A DNA stretch of 64,000 nt from Candidatus Latescibacterota bacterium. GTDB lineage: Bacteria; Latescibacterota; UBA2968; GCA-2709665. How positions within the stretch are numbered: position 1 is the first letter of the stretch; each line of letters starts with the position of its first letter. The notes beneath the pieces are model-generated. The model searched no databases, was not told where the DNA came from, and worked only from the letters and a program-made list of their open reading frames with translations. Below are positions 43,250-52,879 of this stretch, piece after piece. A program made the translations under genes and the position numbers. Where the stretch lies: NCBI GenBank assembly GCA_963667175.2, contig CAXXXF010000004.1, positions 128,001 to 192,000 on the forward strand, in the 5' to 3' direction.

Positions 43250-44407
43250 ATGGAGCCGTCCCCATCAGCGTATGCCGAAGGGTATGCCAGGGCGCGTCGT
43301 CACGATCAGGCGGCGGCCGACAACTACGTCAGGCACACCACCATCGGCGACCCCATGCTCGACCCGATCATGGAAGAGCTCTCTTCGCTGTCTCCCGCCG
43401 TTATGCACCAATTCATCTGGGCGGGCATCGAGCAGCAGCATGACGTTCTGCGCAAGGCGCCGCAGGTGCTGCGCGACTTCTTCCAGGCTCTCGACGAGCC
43501 TCCTCCCTGGGTCGATCACGATACCTTTCGTCCTGGGGTTCGCGCCTTCCACGAAAACGTGGACCTCATGCTCGTCGCGTTCGTCACGGGGGTGCTGATC
43601 GAGGGCTTTTCCACGCTAATCGCCAAGTCCTTCAACATCACCGGGCGAACGGCCAGGACCAAGAGGCGCCTCCAGCAGAACAACCGCCAGTTGATGGACG
43701 TATTCTATCCCGGCGGCCTGCAGCGGGAGAACGACGGATGGAAGTTGTCCACGCGCGTTCGCTTCGTCCATGCTCGAATCAGGGCATTGCTGAGCAAGTT
43801 CGAGGAGTGGGATTACGGAGCCTGGGGTACGCCGATCAGCGCAGCCCACCTCGGGCTCGCCATCTCCATCTTTTCCCAGCGCCTGCTGGAATACGCGCTA
43901 CGGGTCGGCGGACGCTTCACCGAGGAAGAAAAGGAGAGCGTGCTCGGTGTCTGGCGCTACAGCGGCTATCTCATGGGGATCCCCGAAACCATCCTCTACA
44001 CCACCGGCGCCGAGGCCAAGAAAATCTACGAGGTCGGATTCATGTGCGAGCCGCCGCCGGACGCCGATTCGATCGCCGTGGCGAACGGGTTGATCCGGGC
44101 CATCCCGTCGGTTGCGGAGGTGACGGACCCGGCCGAAATAAAGAGCGTGACCAATTTGGCCTACCGACTGTCGAGAGCCCTCATCGGAAACCGGCTCGCC
44201 GACCAGTTCGAGTATCCGAATACGCCCGTCATCGGGATGTTGTTCTTCTTCCGGATGAAGCAACGCATTCTGCGAATGCTGAAGGGCGGGAAATCGGTGA
44301 GACTGGACAATTTTTCCCAGCTTCTCCAGATCTCCGCGTATGACGATTACGGGTTGGCCTACGAGCTGCCCGACCACGCAAAGCACTCCATGTCGAGTCG
44401 GTGGTGA
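43250..44407 (+). CDS. MpaB/rubber-oxygenase (DUF2236) family heme oxygenase-like protein
   Basis: PPWVD, RVRFVHARIR, WGTPIS, WRYSGYLMGI; ATG at 43250 after GAGG. Confidence 0.8.
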   Translation: MEPSPSAYAEGYARARRHDQAAADNYVRHTTIGDPMLDPIMEELSSLSPAVMHQFIWAGIEQQHDVLRKAPQVLRDFFQALDEPPPWVDHDTFRPGVRAFHENVDLMLVAFVTGVLIEGFSTLIAKSFNITGRTARTKRRLQQNNRQLMDVFYPGGLQRENDGWKLSTRVRFVHARIRALLSKFEEWDYGAWGTPISAAHLGLAISIFSQRLLEYALRVGGRFTEEEKESVLGVWRYSGYLMGIPETILYTTGAEAKKIYEVGFMCEPPPDADSIAVANGLIRAIPSVAEVTDPAEIKSVTNLAYRLSRALIGNRLADQFEYPNTPVIGMLFFFRMKQRILRMLKGGKSVRLDNFSQLLQISAYDDYGLAYELPDHAKHSMSSRW

Positions 44408-44649
44408 GGGTCACAACGATGATTTCTCCCGACCGCTACAGCGCCGCCCTTCACGTCTACAAACTTCGGCCGAGTAGTGGTGCATGCTCATGACGCCCAC
44501 CATCTCTTCGCCAGTCTCGAGGAGCCTGGCGACCCGGGTGAGAGCGCCCGGCCCCATCAGGTCCGTTTCCTGACGAGGGGGTCCCGGCATCCTCTCGAAT
44601 CCGCTCTGCGGACGTGACCTGCCGCACGTCCGAAAGGCGTTCGTTTGCG

Positions 44650-47600
44650 TTACCGGACACGAACCAGGCGCAAACGGATCGCGTAAAGCGCAGGAATGAT
44701 CATCATGAGTATAGCCGTCGTCAATAGAATGCCGCAGCCCAGCGATGCGGCAAATGGGATCAGGAACTGGGCCTGGATTGCGCGTTCGAGGATGAGGGGC
44801 GTGAAGCCGAGAAAGGTTGTCACGGAAGTGAGCATGATCGGACGAAAGCGGCCTTTGGCGCCCTCGATGATCGCGGTTCGCGCCGGGGCCCCGTCCCTGA
44901 GTTTCTGATCGATGAAGGTGATCATGACCAGGGAATCGTTCACGACCACCCCGCTCAGACCGAAGATGCCCATGAAGGATACCGCGCTCAAGGCCACGCC
45001 CAGGACCCAGTGACCCAGGATCACCCCGATGAACCCGAAGGGGATGACGGCCATGATGACGAAGGGTTTGGTATAGGAGCGGAGGGGGATGGCGAGGAGC
45101 GCGAAGATCATGATCAGGGCGATGGCGAACCCGCGGTACAGGGCATCCAGGGACTCGAGCTGCTGTTGCTGCTCCCCTCCGAAGCTGTACGTCAGGTCAG
45201 GGTTCCCGGCGGTCAGGTCCGCGAGGATCGAATTGGCCAGGACGTCGTTGGCTTCGTTGCCGGAAATCACCGAAGCATCGACGTCCGCCGAGACCGTGAC
45301 GACGCGCTGACCGTCCTTCCGTCGAATGGCCGGCGCCGACATTTCCGATCTCATCTCGGCGACGCTGGTTATCGGAACCTCGGCCCCGTTCGGCGTGCGG
45401 ATCAGATACCCTTCGATATCCGTGATGGCGTTCCTCTCGTCGGCGGGCAGCCGCACGTAGGCGCGTACCTCTTCCCGGCCGCGCTGCACCCGGACCGCCT
45501 CCACGCCGAAGAACGCGGCGCGCGCCTGCCCGGCTAACTCGTCGAGCGTGAGGCCCAGAGTCCGCGCTTCCGGCCGCAGCTCGAACTGTACTTCCGGGAT
45601 GCCCGGGGTATGATCCGAACGGATGTCATAGACGCCTCCCACTTCGCGGAGACCGTCGACTACGGAATTCGCAATCCGGGCGAGGCGCTCCGGGTCCGGA
45701 TGAGTCAGCACGGCTTCGACCGGATTGCCCAGGTCGAAGACCTCGCTGCTGAAGGTGATGCCGCGCGCGTAGGGCAGCACACCCACCTCCTCCCGCCATG
45801 CCTGCACGACCTCTCCGGTGGAGATCTGTCTTTGCTGCGCGCCCAGGAGCTTGAATTCGATGGTGGCGATATTGGCTTGCGGATTGAGGGTGGGGGACGG
45901 ATTGAGCCCCCCCTCGAGTCTCGATCCCTGTCCGACGGTCACCGTTACGCCCGTCAACAGCGGTGGCGCATCCTCGGGCCTGGCGCGCGAAAGTCGTTCG
46001 ATGACCCGGCGCCCCGCCGCCTCAAGTTCCCGGGCCACTTCATAGGTCCTCGAGGCGGTGGTCCCGTCGGGCATCTCCAATTTAACCGTCGCAAAGTCGC
46101 CTTCCCCCTCGTCGGCCAACGTGGTCGGGACGATTCCCGCCGGGATCAGGGAAATACTCAGCACGAGCATTCCCACGGCCCCCGCTATCGTCACAGCGGG
46201 CTGGTCCGTCGCGAATTGCAGCGCCCGGTCCAGGGGGCCTTGCACGAACCTGTTCAGCAGCGCGTTTACACGGCCCTGGATGCGGGTGAAGAACCGGTCG
46301 AAGGCATTTTTCGGCTTCCATTTCGGTCCGGGCAGGTGGGAAAGGTGGTTCGGCAAGATCAGCACCGATTCGATCAGTGAAACCAGCAGGATGGCGATCA
46401 TGATGATCGGTAGCGCTCGCCAGACCTCGCCGATGCCGCCGGGAATGAACAGCAACGGGACGAAGGCCACCACCGATGTGAGCACCGCGAACGTCAACGG
46501 CACCTTGATCCGGCGTACGCCGCGGATCGCGGCCGTCAACCCGGGTGTTCCACGACTGCGTTCGTATTGAATGTGCTCGGCCACGACGATGGCATCGTCG
46601 ACGATGACCCCAATGGCGAGGACAAAGGAGAAAAGGCTGATGGTGTTGATCGCCACGCCGAATACCATCATGGCGGCCAGGGCGCCGATACCCGAAACGG
46701 CGAGCCCCACGGCAACCCACAGCGCAAGCCGGATCTCCAGGAACAGACTGAGCGCGATCAGCACCAGCAACAGGCCCAAGATTCCGTTCTTGAGGAGAAG
46801 ACCAACGCGTTCCTCGTAGATTTCGGAATCGTCATTCCACAGGGTGACGCCCACGCCGTCCGGCAATGCCGGGATCACCTCGCTCGCCAGGTGCTCGCGG
46901 ACGGTCGTGGCGACGTCCATCACCTGTTCGCCTTCCGCCCGGTACACCTCCACGAAGACGGCGGGCCGGTTCTGATGCCGCACGATCAGGTCGGCTTCCT
47001 GGAAACCGTCGCGGACCTTGGCGATATCCCCGAGGCGCAGGACGGTGCCGTCACGGCCGCTGAGAAGGACGATCTCCTCGAAGTCCTGCTGATCGTAGTT
47101 CTGGCCGAGGGTCCGGACGCGCACCTGGGACTCCCGGGTATTGATACTTCCGGCGGACAAGTCCAGGGAACTGCGTCGAACCGTGTTCGCGACGTCGTTG
47201 AGCGTAAGTCCGAGGGCTCTCAACCGATGAAGCGGAACTTCGATGGAGATTTCGTAATTCCTGACGCCGCTGACAGCCACCTGGGACACGGAAGGAAGCG
47301 TCTTGAGTTCGTCCTCGATCTGGTTCGCCAGTTCCTTCAGCGAGCGCTCGGCCACGTCCCCGTAAACAATGAGCCGCATCATACTCTGGCGATTGTTCAT
47401 CTCCCAGAACAGAGGGCGTTCGGCGCCGCCAGGGAACGTCTGTATACGATTGACCGCAGACTCGATATCGTCCACCGCCCGGGCCATGTCCGTATCGTAA
47501 TCCATCTGAACCCGCACGGAGGCCATGCCGGGCGCCGCTACGGACTTGACCGCTTTCACGTTATCCAACCCGCTGACCTGATCTTCGATCTTGACGATGA

Positions 47601-47823
47601 TTGACTCCTCGATCTCCTCCGGCGTAGCGCCGGGATAGGCCATCGAGACTTCGACGTGATAGAAGGCGGTCGTCGGCCACGCCTGCCGCTCCAGGCCGGT
47701 CAGCGACACCAGCCCGAAAGCGACAATGGCGCACATCAGCAGATTGGCGGCCACCCTGTTGCTCGCCATGTAGGCGATCGGGCCGGGAGGTTCTTTATGG
47801 GTATTGCCGTTATCGGTACTCAT
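44650..47823 (-). CDS. RND efflux permease (AcrB family)
   Basis: GVIVDDAIVVAE, GVVVNDSLV, RFRPIMLTSVTT. Confidence 0.92.
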   Translation of the reverse strand: MSTDNGNTHKEPPGPIAYMASNRVAANLLMCAIVAFGLVSLTGLERQAWPTTAFYHVEVSMAYPGATPEEIEESIIVKIEDQVSGLDNVKAVKSVAAPGMASVRVQMDYDTDMARAVDDIESAVNRIQTFPGGAERPLFWEMNNRQSMMRLIVYGDVAERSLKELANQIEDELKTLPSVSQVAVSGVRNYEISIEVPLHRLRALGLTLNDVANTVRRSSLDLSAGSINTRESQVRVRTLGQNYDQQDFEEIVLLSGRDGTVLRLGDIAKVRDGFQEADLIVRHQNRPAVFVEVYRAEGEQVMDVATTVREHLASEVIPALPDGVGVTLWNDDSEIYEERVGLLLKNGILGLLLVLIALSLFLEIRLALWVAVGLAVSGIGALAAMMVFGVAINTISLFSFVLAIGVIVDDAIVVAEHIQYERSRGTPGLTAAIRGVRRIKVPLTFAVLTSVVAFVPLLFIPGGIGEVWRALPIIMIAILLVSLIESVLILPNHLSHLPGPKWKPKNAFDRFFTRIQGRVNALLNRFVQGPLDRALQFATDQPAVTIAGAVGMLVLSISLIPAGIVPTTLADEGEGDFATVKLEMPDGTTASRTYEVARELEAAGRRVIERLSRARPEDAPPLLTGVTVTVGQGSRLEGGLNPSPTLNPQANIATIEFKLLGAQQRQISTGEVVQAWREEVGVLPYARGITFSSEVFDLGNPVEAVLTHPDPERLARIANSVVDGLREVGGVYDIRSDHTPGIPEVQFELRPEARTLGLTLDELAGQARAAFFGVEAVRVQRGREEVRAYVRLPADERNAITDIEGYLIRTPNGAEVPITSVAEMRSEMSAPAIRRKDGQRVVTVSADVDASVISGNEANDVLANSILADLTAGNPDLTYSFGGEQQQQLESLDALYRGFAIALIMIFALLAIPLRSYTKPFVIMAVIPFGFIGVILGHWVLGVALSAVSFMGIFGLSGVVVNDSLVMITFIDQKLRDGAPARTAIIEGAKGRFRPIMLTSVTTFLGFTPLILERAIQAQFLIPFAASLGCGILLTTAILMMIIPALYAIRLRLVRVR

Positions 47824-47833
47824 GTATCCGTAC

Positions 47834-49045
47834 TCATGGGGTCTGGTCGACTTCCGTCTGGACACGCATGCCTTCGGTGGCAAATAAGATCCCGCCGGTG
47901 ATTACCGCCAGACCGTGTTCCAATGAACCCGTCACGAACACTTCATCGTCGGCACGCTGCAATACGCGAACCGGAACGAGCTTCACAACGCCGGCTTTCA
48001 CCATCCAGACCTCGTTGCCCGGTTTCAGCGAGGCCCGCGGCATCTTGAAATAGCTGTCCAAAACAAGCCCTTCTATCTCCACCTCGACGAATTCGCCCAC
48101 CAGAAGCGGTGGATTGCCGCCGGGACCGGCGTTCCCGTCCGACGGGTCGCCTGCCGTAAGCGGATCCGGTACGCGGACGATGACGTCGATGGTGCGCGTC
48201 TGCTCGTCGAGGGATGCCTCGGCCCGATCCACGTAACCCTGCCAGGCGTACCTCACGTCGCCGTACCGGGCGGTCACCCTGGCCGGGACGTCACGTTTGC
48301 CGTCTCCTGCCTTCAGGTCCCAGAGTCCAGGGATCATCGCGGCATCGGAATCGGACAGAGGCACGACCACCTCCACCGCGTCGGCAGCGAACAGCCGGCC
48401 CACGGGCTGGCCGGGGCTCACGACCTGCCCGACGTCGACGGATTCATCGCGGACAAGGCCGTCGAAAGGCGCGGTTATCCGGGTCCTTGAAAGGGCAAGC
48501 CTGGCATCGTCGAGCCTGGCCTCGTCGCGGCTCAGCGCGGCCCGTGCCGCGTTCAACTGAGGTTCCCTGAGCGTGAGAGGATTCGCATCGGACGGAGGCG
48601 TCTCATCTCCGTGCGGCGCGGCGTAGCGTTCGTACTGCGAGCGTGCGATGGATGCCTGCTCCTGCTCCCTTAGAAAAGCAACCCGGCTCGCCGCGACAGT
48701 GGCCTCCGCTTCCTGCACCCGAAACTGGTAATGGACCTCTTCGATGCGGAAAACCGTCTGGCCCGCCCTGACCCTTCCTCCACTCTTGAATCCCGGATCC
48801 ACCCAGACAACCCTGCCTCCCACCTGGGGGACGACAGCGACCTCCGCGCTTGGCCTCACCGTGCCGGATCCGAAAATCGGAATGGATCCGGACCCGGATG
48901 AAACCGGACCGGTTTGCACGAAGGGCGCCTGGGCGGCCTGTTCGGTCCGGGTGGGTTCGGGCGCCAGTGAAATCAACAGCGCAGCCAGCGCCACGGAGAC
49001 CACGACAATCGCGCCGGCAGCAAAAGCACTCGATTTGCGGGACAT
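47834..49045 (-). CDS. RND periplasmic adaptor (MFP)
   Basis: N-terminal TM; VVPQVGGRV, RTRITAPFDG. Confidence 0.9.
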   Translation of the reverse strand: MSRKSSAFAAGAIVVVSVALAALLISLAPEPTRTEQAAQAPFVQTGPVSSGSGSIPIFGSGTVRPSAEVAVVPQVGGRVVWVDPGFKSGGRVRAGQTVFRIEEVHYQFRVQEAEATVAASRVAFLREQEQASIARSQYERYAAPHGDETPPSDANPLTLREPQLNAARAALSRDEARLDDARLALSRTRITAPFDGLVRDESVDVGQVVSPGQPVGRLFAADAVEVVVPLSDSDAAMIPGLWDLKAGDGKRDVPARVTARYGDVRYAWQGYVDRAEASLDEQTRTIDVIVRVPDPLTAGDPSDGNAGPGGNPPLLVGEFVEVEIEGLVLDSYFKMPRASLKPGNEVWMVKAGVVKLVPVRVLQRADDEVFVTGSLEHGLAVITGGILFATEGMRVQTEVDQTP

Positions 49046-49052
49046 GTAAGAT

Positions 49053-50582
49053 CTACTCCGTTGGAGGTCGGGAGATTCCTTGGGTCGGCAGATCCTGCCC
49101 GAGGAACTCGGGGGTTCCAGGGGTCCACGCGCCTCCCAGCGCACGATGAAGCGCAAGGCGGGCAAGACCCAGGTCGCGCTCCGCCGCGGCAAGCAATGAT
49201 TCCGCGGCCAGCCCGGTCTGCGTTGCCGTCAGGAGCGCCTCATAGTCAACCACACCCGATAGATACCGTTGCTCCTGCAATTCTGTTTCCGCATGCGCCG
49301 TATTCGACAGCGAGGCCAGCAGCGAATGGCGACGGCGGCTGGCGGCCAGCCCCGAAAGGGCGGCTTCAATCTCGTTGGCGGCGCTAACCACGGATCTTCC
49401 GTAGGCCGCGACCGCTGCTTTCAATCTCGCCCGTGCAAGCGCAACGTTGCCGCGCAGCCGGGCGCCCTGGAATACGGGTCCGAGCAGATTCATGCTCAGG
49501 TTCCGGAACCATTGTTCCGGGTTGAACCACTCACTCGATTCCGTGCTCTGCAGCCCGATGGAACCGTGCAGGGACAGTCTTGGCGCCAGGTCCGCGCGAC
49601 GCGCGCCAACCTGATACCGGGCCCCGTCCATCCGCTGCTTTGCCGCGATCACGTCGGGGCGCTGCGTCAGAAGACGGGTCGGGATGCCCGGTGGAACCGG
49701 TTCCAGGGCGCTGGTCTGCGTCAGGGAATCGGGCAGAATGTGCGCAAGATCCGCCTGGTGATCTCCCAGAAGCACGCGGAGCCGCCCCTCCGCGTCGGCC
49801 AGCAGAGCTTCGATCTGCGGCAGTTCCGCCTGGGCGTTGCGCGCTTCCTGCCGCGCCCTGTGGAGGCCGCTCAAATCAATCAATCCGCGGTCGTAACGAG
49901 ACCGGGCCAGCGCCTCCCGTTGCTGGTGGATCTCTGCGATTTCGCCAGCCAATCTCCTCTGGTGGCGCAGGTTGACAATTTCAAGGTAGGTCCGCACGGT
50001 CTCGGACAACACGCCCATTCGAGCCGTCAGATAGTCAGCCTCCGAAGCCAGGCGTTCGGCGGCGGCGGCGAGACCGTCGTTCCGGTTCCGGCCCCAGAAG
50101 TCCACTTCGTAGGCGAATTCCACGGCAGCGGTGTACGTCGTAAGTCCGAGTCGATCGGGGAGGACGATTCCGGACGCGCCGCCCGCTCCCGAACCCAGCC
50201 CCAACTCGTCCAGCTGCGCGCCGATACCCGCGTTGGTGGGCGCGTCGAATTCGCTGACGCCGGCCGACGGCTGAAGGGTTGGAAACAACGGCGCCCTGGC
50301 GATGCGCGCGCGCGCCCTGGCCTGATCGACCCGTGCCACCGCGCCGGCCAGGTCGAAGTTGGATGCCAGAACTCCTTCGATAACCCGGTTGAGGGCCGGG
50401 TCGGCGAACGCCTTCCACCACTCGCGCCGTTCGATCGAACCGGCAACGTCACCTCCGGCGGACCCATCGGTGAGCTTCGCCACCGGGTCGGAAACGGTAG
50501 GCGTCGAGCGCGGCGCCAGGGCGCAGGCGGAAACGAGAAAACCGACAATGGCCGGCGTCAGCCCTTTTCGCGAAATAGACAT
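49053..50582 (-). CDS. Outer-membrane efflux lipoprotein (OprM/NodT family)
   Basis: Lipobox VSAC; WWKAFADP, YEVDFWG, RPDV, LHRALGGAW. Confidence 0.9.
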   Translation of the reverse strand: MSISRKGLTPAIVGFLVSACALAPRSTPTVSDPVAKLTDGSAGGDVAGSIERREWWKAFADPALNRVIEGVLASNFDLAGAVARVDQARARARIARAPLFPTLQPSAGVSEFDAPTNAGIGAQLDELGLGSGAGGASGIVLPDRLGLTTYTAAVEFAYEVDFWGRNRNDGLAAAAERLASEADYLTARMGVLSETVRTYLEIVNLRHQRRLAGEIAEIHQQREALARSRYDRGLIDLSGLHRARQEARNAQAELPQIEALLADAEGRLRVLLGDHQADLAHILPDSLTQTSALEPVPPGIPTRLLTQRPDVIAAKQRMDGARYQVGARRADLAPRLSLHGSIGLQSTESSEWFNPEQWFRNLSMNLLGPVFQGARLRGNVALARARLKAAVAAYGRSVVSAANEIEAALSGLAASRRRHSLLASLSNTAHAETELQEQRYLSGVVDYEALLTATQTGLAAESLLAAAERDLGLARLALHRALGGAWTPGTPEFLGQDLPTQGISRPPTE

Positions 50583-50885
50583 GTCGATCGGACGGGATCA
50601 TTCGACCCGGCGCCCCGAAAAGCGCCGCGCCGAAATCGGTCGATTATCTGCGTTTCGTGATTACACCGACCGGGTGCGTACGGTGCGCGGTTATGCAACT
50701 CTCCATACGAAAATATACGCGTCTTGTCAAACTAAAAATGGATTTTCGGGTCCCGCGGACGGCCTGTGAAGTCGGCGCCAGTGAGTTGCATTCGGTCATT
50801 TAATCGTTGCGTCTGAAGGCCTCTATCCATACCTTGCCGGGCCGGTCGTCCATATTTCGACATTCCCGCCGGAGGGACCGACGTC

Positions 50886-52847
50886 TTGGAAGCCAAACTG
50901 ATCTGGTTGCTGATCTTCGTGGGTCTGTACTGGGCCTATTGTCTTTTCTGGGGGTTTCGGGGCGCCCTTCGGTCGCGAACGTCCGCGGACTATTTCGTGG
51001 CCGGTCGGAGTATCGGCATCTGGGTTTTCGTGCTCGCGGCCACGGCCACCAGTTTTTCGGGCTGGACCTTTGTGGGTCACCCCGGCCTGATTCTGGAAGC
51101 GGGCCTTCCCTATGCGTTCGCGTCCTTCTATGCGCTGACGATTCCGTTCACGGGCGTGCTGTTCCTCAGGCGGCAATGGCTCATCGGCCGGGCTTTTCAG
51201 CATATCACGCCCGGCGAGATGTATTCCCACTACTATGGCGGCGATACGATCCGGCTGCTGACCGTGCTCGTGGCATTTCTATTCAGCGTGCCGTACCTGG
51301 GCGTCCAGCTTCGGGCGTCGGGGTTCCTGTTCAACGTGCTCTCCGACAACTTGCTGAGCGTGGAAGTGGGGATGTTCGCCCTTTCCGCCATCGTGATGAT
51401 CTACGTCGCTGCCGGAGGCCTGCGTTCGGTGGCGTACGTGGATTGCGCACAGTGCATTCTCCTTGCGCTGGGCATCGTCGCGCTGGGTATCGTCGCGATT
51501 CAGTTTTCCGGCGGATGGACGGCGTTTACGGAGGGCGTGGGAAACCTCGTTCGCCAGGACCTGGCTTCGGGAAAGGGGTTGACGCCCGACGGCCATTCCC
51601 ACTACGTGGCGTTACCCGGCTCAATACAGATGGTATCCGAGGGCTCAACGGCCGTCGGCGGCGTCTGGACGGGCATGATGTGTATGACCTATATGTTTGC
51701 GTTGATGGGCATTCAGTCGTCGCCCGCGTTTTCGATGTGGGCGTTTTCGAACCGTACCAGTGAACCCTTCCGCTGGCAGCAGGTCGTGGCCTCATCGGTG
51801 ATCATCGGGATCATCCTCTTCACGTTTACGATTTTCCAGGGACTGGGTGGTAACGTGCTGCTGGCCAACGGGGTCTTCGACGAGGTCAGCCGGCCGGAAC
51901 TGGTGCCCCAGTTGATAAACCTTCTGGCGGACAACCACCCGTGGCTGGTGGGTTTGCTGGCTGTATGCGCGCTGGGCGCCATGCAGAGCACCGGGGCGGC
52001 CTATATGTCCACGTTCAGCGGGATGGTGACCCGGGACCTTTACAGGCGTTACGTATCGCCCGACGCATCCGACAAAACGCAGAAGCTCTACGGCCGCATT
52101 TTTGTCATCGTCGTGACGCTCGCGGCGCTGATCGTGGCGGCCAGGTCGACGCAGGCCATCGTGATGCTCGGCGGGCTCGCCGTGGCCTACGGTTTTCAGA
52201 TGTATCCGGCGCTCATGGGACTTTGCTATTTCCGCTTCTTCACGCGCAAAGGCGTCGTCTGGGGGCTGGTCGCAGGACTGGCTGCCGTCACGCTGACCGA
52301 CCGCACGGTCAGTGAGGTGCTGCCCGCAATGATGGGATTCCTGAAGCTGTTCCTGCCGGACCGCATCGCCGTTACGGTCAGCGACACCCCCTGGGGCGCG
52401 TACCCGTTAACGATTCACAGTGCGGGCTGGGGGATCTTCTTCAACCTGCTGGTCGCGGGCCTGATTTCCTACCTTCGACCGGAAACCGGGGCGGCCCGTG
52501 ACAAGAAAGAGAACCACCACCGCTTCGTGCAGGCCGTTTCGGGAATCTCGCAGGAACGGCGCAGGCGCGTGCCGTTGGCCTGGCTGCTCACGGCAGCCTG
52601 GTTCCTCGTCGGTTTCGGGCCCTTTGCCGTGGTCGGCAATACGCTGTTCGGCGACCCCAACCTTCCCGCGACGTGGGGACCCTTCGGACTGCCATCCCTT
52701 TGGGTGTGGCAGCTGTTGATGCTGGCGTTCGGGATCTTCGTCATGTGGTACCTGGCGTTTTACGTGGGGCTTTCCAGGCCCGTTCCGCTCGAGAACGTCG
52801 AGGAGGCGCGGAAGGCGTACCTTACGGAGACGGATGACGGGGACTGA
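50886..52847 (+). CDS. Sodium:solute symporter family protein
   Basis: DYFVAGRSI, ATATSFSGWTFVGHPG, GGLRSVAYVD, AMQST; GGAGG RBS. Confidence 0.9.
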   Translation: MEAKLIWLLIFVGLYWAYCLFWGFRGALRSRTSADYFVAGRSIGIWVFVLAATATSFSGWTFVGHPGLILEAGLPYAFASFYALTIPFTGVLFLRRQWLIGRAFQHITPGEMYSHYYGGDTIRLLTVLVAFLFSVPYLGVQLRASGFLFNVLSDNLLSVEVGMFALSAIVMIYVAAGGLRSVAYVDCAQCILLALGIVALGIVAIQFSGGWTAFTEGVGNLVRQDLASGKGLTPDGHSHYVALPGSIQMVSEGSTAVGGVWTGMMCMTYMFALMGIQSSPAFSMWAFSNRTSEPFRWQQVVASSVIIGIILFTFTIFQGLGGNVLLANGVFDEVSRPELVPQLINLLADNHPWLVGLLAVCALGAMQSTGAAYMSTFSGMVTRDLYRRYVSPDASDKTQKLYGRIFVIVVTLAALIVAARSTQAIVMLGGLAVAYGFQMYPALMGLCYFRFFTRKGVVWGLVAGLAAVTLTDRTVSEVLPAMMGFLKLFLPDRIAVTVSDTPWGAYPLTIHSAGWGIFFNLLVAGLISYLRPETGAARDKKENHHRFVQAVSGISQERRRRVPLAWLLTAAWFLVGFGPFAVVGNTLFGDPNLPATWGPFGLPSLWVWQLLMLAFGIFVMWYLAFYVGLSRPVPLENVEEARKAYLTETDDGD

Positions 52848-52879
52848 TCCGCGCCGCAGCCTTTCAGTTGCCGCCGGCA

